Both the position numbers and the translations under genes were made by a program. Shown here one piece after another: positions 60,328 through 64,000 of a DNA stretch of 64,000 nt. The notes beneath the pieces were generated by a model, which saw only the letters and a list, made by a program, of their open reading frames with translations, did no database searches and was not told the origin of the DNA. Source of the stretch: Vitrella brassicaformis CCMP3155. Its lineage: Eukaryota; Protista; Chromerida. The stretch's first letter is position 1. Each line of letters begins with the position of its first letter. The stretch spans positions 936 to 64,935 of the forward strand of contig CDMY01000498.1 in assembly GCA_001179505.1 (NCBI GenBank), given 5' to 3'.

Positions 60328-61064
60328 AGAGAAGGAGAGGGAGAGAGAGAGAGAAAAAGAGAGAGAGAGATACCGACAAACGACAGCCAGCCCATCGTTC
60401 ACGCGCCTGGCTGGCGGGCTGGGCTGGCTGATGCCGGTCGCTCCCTCACCCGTTGGGCAGATCGGTCTCGAAGCAGCCTCTATATATCTCCTCCCCATCC
60501 TTGTTGAGCAATACGCCCTCGCTGAAACACAATCAAATCAATCAACACAACTTCTTGTAAACGTCTGTGTGTCGTGCTCCCTCCCTCCCTCCCTCTCAGC
60601 CAGCCAGCCAGCCAGCCAGCCACGTACCCTTCTCGCATGCCATTGCGGAAGGCGCCCCGGTAGAAGGTCATTTGGTCAAAATCCCACAGGTCGCCCGACA
60701 GGCCGTGCGGCCGGCCATAGCGCCAGCTCCCCACATAGACCCGTGAGGGCCGCAGCCCGCCCATCTGCTCCCGTCCGCCGATGCGCCATCCGGTGGGGTG
60801 CAGGTGGCCCACCTCCAAAGTGATGTCGGGCAGACCCTGCGCCTCGTGATGGCAAGGCACACACGACCCGACAGACCTGGTTGGGATGCAGTCGAAAGGA
60901 CGGGTGTGGATGTGCAGGGCGGCCCGGTGGTCTGTCGAAAGGGCTGGTGGGGGACTGCTGCTGTTGCTGCCGTGGCTGCTGCTGTCGATGTCCATGCTGC
61001 AAGGCATGGGTTCATCGACGTCGGCAATGGCGGTAGGCCACTCTCCGCCAACACCGTCCATCAT
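57503..61064 (-). CDS. MORN-repeat protein with a C-terminal C3HC4 RING finger
   Basis: More than 10 MORN-like units (YVGSWRYGRPHG, YRGAFRNGMREG, WTGPWKDGQPH, QIGTFKDNQPHG, LTGSFRDGKKHG, YTSFTKGIKQG, YYGSHKKSQRHG), then CMSC..FVFPCGH..CATC..CPYC across an in-phase splice. Confidence 0.8.
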
Positions 61065-61280
61065 CGAGCGACTCACACAATGAAAGCAGCTGACAGAGGG
61101 CACCTGCTGGGGTCGCGAAAGCTCCAAGGACGATCAAAAAACACTCTGCGAGCTCATATTGACTCTAGCTCGCCACCAATGATCTCAGCGCGGAGAGAGG
61201 ACAACATCTGTTGACTCATCTCATCCAGCTGATCTGATCTGAGCTCTCGCGGAAGTTGACCGCTGCGGTCGCATGAGCAG

Positions 61281-62375
61281 ATGAATGCCACAGCAGCTCT
61301 CACATGGCAGCTGCGTCGGCCAATCAGACCCCCGCTGCCTCCCTCCCTCCTTCCATCTATCTGCCCCCCCGTCCCCTCCTCCCCCTGCTCCCTCCCACTG
61401 CCACTGCACACCACCAGAGGCCTCTGCTCCATCGCCACTGGCGGCCTCACCCGTCCTATGACCGTTCCCACCTTCTTGCGCACCGACAGCGGCATCCACA
61501 TAAACATAGTGCAGCCTCAGCCATGGCAGGCCACTCAGTCGCGTTATGGCGGTCGGAGTGGCGGCCCTCTGAAGCGCAAGAAGAAGCCCCATGACCCCCG
61601 GGTGATTCAGACGGGTTTGGGGCACCGGATGGAGTTCTTCTGGCGCAAGAGGGAGCGGCGGACGCGGTATCCGCTGGTGCAGAACGTGCGGCCCAACCTG
61701 ATATGGGACAGCCAGTTCAAAAGGTGGCTCGTCATGTGGTACAAGGGGGGCTTCCAGGTCTTCAGGCCCTTCAACGCCACACGAGACAGATTCGAAAGGG
61801 TGCGTGCGATCGATGCGTTAAATGAGCAGATGGATGGACACGGGCACGGCACCACACACACCGAATCAATGAATGGGGATGGATGGGTGGTCATTGGTTT
61901 GTGGTCTGCGTGTGCGTGTCCGCCTGAATGATGTTGTCAGGCCCGGGCCAAGGCGATGATTCTGATGCGGCAGCTGGAGAAGGCGGGAAGGCTGCAGAAG
62001 TGAGAATTACACACACGGAGGGAGGGAGGGAGGGAGGGAGGGCCTCCACTTCCCTCCCTGTGTGTGTAGGCTGCCTGCCCCCGACATCTGCAAGAGCGGC
62101 GTGCGGGGTGTCTTCTACGACGGCGAAGAGAAGCTCTGGATCGCTGTGTGGAAACAAAACGGTGCCGCGGGAGGAGGGAGAGGGGCAGGTCGCTGCAGAT
62201 GGCAAGGTCACTGATCCTTCGTCTGTGTGCCTGGTTTGTGCAGGATTGCGTCGCTTTCGATGCTTCCCTGCACTTGAGATGGGCTTCGATCAGGTGGCTA
62301 CACAGACACAGATCACATTGCTTATTGATGTCTACGTGTTATCAATCATGGCCAGTGTGGTGTGTGTTTCATTCC

Positions 62376-62408
<33 letters not shown>

Positions 62409-62653
62409 GCAGGCCTTCAAGGCTGCTGTGGCCGTGAGGCGGCAGAAATTGGCGGAATTCCACGAGTTTGTGCCGCAGGTGGGTTGGTTCTCGGACACAC
62501 ACATGCATGGACATCCACATCTACCCACCCACCCAGGGATGCGATGCCACTGATCCATCCCGTCTGCCTGATTGATTCTATGTATGTGTTTGTGTGTGTC
62601 AGCGAGAGCGCATTCGAACTGGTCGGGAGCAGTACAAGGCCAAGGCATCGTGA
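61281..62653 (+). CDS. Small two-domain ApiAP2 protein with a basic, acid-free N-terminal leader (candidate mitoribosomal AP2 protein)
   Basis: AP2-1: NLIWDSQFKRWLVMWYKGG..FRPF..FERARAKA. AP2-2: SGVRGVFYDGEEKLWIAVWKQNG..RFRCF..GFDQAFKAAVAVRR. Six exons; TGA at 62651-62653. Confidence 0.8.
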
Positions 62654-62877
62654 TGAAGCCTGCCTGCCTGCCTGCCTTTATGTATGTGCAAAATCAATCC
62701 ATGCACGACAGTCGAGTCATCCCCGTGATATGTCCATGTGACTGACATGCCGCAAGTGTGCATCACTCACATGAGCCGTCTGGTCGGCATTTATATGTCA
62801 TTCGACTCACTACAGACACCACCAAACTCATCTCTCAATGGTCCTCTGGCTGTCTGAATCATGGTCCTAGCGTCAAG

Positions 62878-63576
62878 TCACACCTCATAGCATGCAGCAC
62901 CGCCATTGGGTACCACGCCCACCGCCTGCAGACACACAACAGCACCGCACACCCGCCCATCCAGCCAGCCACCCACAACACATCAATAACCCCCACCGCG
63001 CATGCCATCACTCTGCCCCTCGATCTCACCTGCAGTGCAAACACCGTCACAAGGGCCACCACGGCCACATAGCTCAGCCCCTCCGCAGCCCCGAGCAGCC
63101 CCGCAGGTCCACTGTTGAGCCCTTGGCCGGTCTTGACCTTGGTGAAGGCCGAGTAGCCGCTCAAGCCCACCACTTGCAGGAAGGAAAGCCCCTCCGCCGC
63201 TCCATAGATCCCGGCCGGGCCGGGGGGAACCCCACAGCCCGTCTGTGTCAGCGTCAAGAGCGAACACCCAACCATGGCGCACGCCGCGAGGGAAACCGCG
63301 CCCAGCCCGCCTTCAAGCGCTGCGTTGCCGTAGGGAAACCGCGCCCAGCCCGCCTTCAAGCGCTGCGTTGCCGTCGCCTGGCGATGAGTCTTTCTCGGCC
63401 ATCCACAATGCCGTCAAGGCTGAAGGATACCGATGCGGCTTGCGATGCGCCGAGAGAGAGAGGAGTGGGGTCGGTGGGCGCCGCTGCACAGATGGAGGGG
63501 TGAGGAAGGCATGCGTCGCTGTCACATGAGCGAGGAGGGTGAGGAGGCCGAGAACGCTAGGCAAGATCTCTGCCAT
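62878..63576 (-). CDS. Plastid-targeted small membrane protein with a duplicated GxxGPAG-GAAEGLS(F/Y) motif, interrupted by a 43-bp duplication
   Basis: Signal peptide ending ATHA-FLTPP, followed by a transit-like peptide. Two repeats (TGCGVPPGPAGIYGAAEGLSF and TGQGLNSGPAGLLGAAEGLSY) resemble, from memory, an uncharacterised plant/algal chloroplast family. Intron at about 63029-62926; last exon AVGVVPNGGAACYEV-TGA. Confidence 0.7.
63289..63374. repeat. Perfect 43-bp tandem duplication (2 copies)
   Basis: AGGGAAACCGCGCCCAGCCCGCCTTCAAGCGCTGCGTTGCCGT at 63289-63331 and 63332-63374. Confidence 0.97.
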
Positions 63577-64000
63577 GGATCTGCGGGATCTGGAGTTTTG
63601 AGGAATCGTTTACACGGAAGCATGGGCGACCAGCACGTCTGATCTAGAGTCGGTATGGATTTGCACACGCAAAGACACAAGCGATCGCAGAAACACATCC
63701 GCACCATACGGCATGGATGATAGCAGCACTCTGATATAAACCGAACAGCCCATCAAACGCAATCACACAAGCGACTATCACATGCCCTACCAAACCACCA
63801 TGCAACCCAAGCCCGACCCATAACAACACGTCCCCAAATCAACAAGAGATAATTGACAGATGGCATCCATGCACTCGCTTGTCCAAATCGCCTCCATGAA
63901 TCTATCCACATATGCCTATGCACAAAGGGCACGCTCACTCATCCGATGAGAACACCCCAGCCCCGTCCATCGCCCCAACACCACGCCATGACTGCCTCCC

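Overview
Intron-rich, GC-rich eukaryotic nuclear DNA with microsatellite-filled introns and two 300-N assembly gaps (5093-5392, 10980-11279). An ApiAP2-type protein and a gene with a bipartite plastid-targeting leader point to a photosynthetic alveolate such as the chromerid Vitrella (inference). I reconstructed about 21 spliced protein-coding genes by hand: a lysine methyltransferase (partial), a Tudor-HNH fusion, PRP4 kinase, a single-TM/Zn-ribbon protein with a frameshift, a GST with a long N-terminal extension, HEI10, a GT10 fucosyltransferase, FtsH, a mitochondrial carrier, an amino-acid transporter, an App1-like phosphatase, a histidine acid phosphatase, an F-box/Rab-like fusion, an FHA/AT-hook protein, an AT-hook/Tudor-like protein, a PH protein, a MORN-RING protein, a two-domain AP2 protein with a mitochondrial-type leader, a plastid membrane protein and two hypotheticals. 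The most interesting signals are: introns polarised as (CA)n near the donor and (TG)n near the acceptor; a candidate recursive splice site or poison exon in PRP4K; the Tudor-HNH and F-box/pseudo-Rab fusions; an in-frame TAA in HEI10 followed by two in-frame exons; a 43-bp duplication that either frameshifts a plastid gene or forms a new GC-AG intron; and pervasive tight head-to-head gene pairs. No RNA genes, CRISPR arrays or transposases were recognised. All exon models are manual and have no transcript support.
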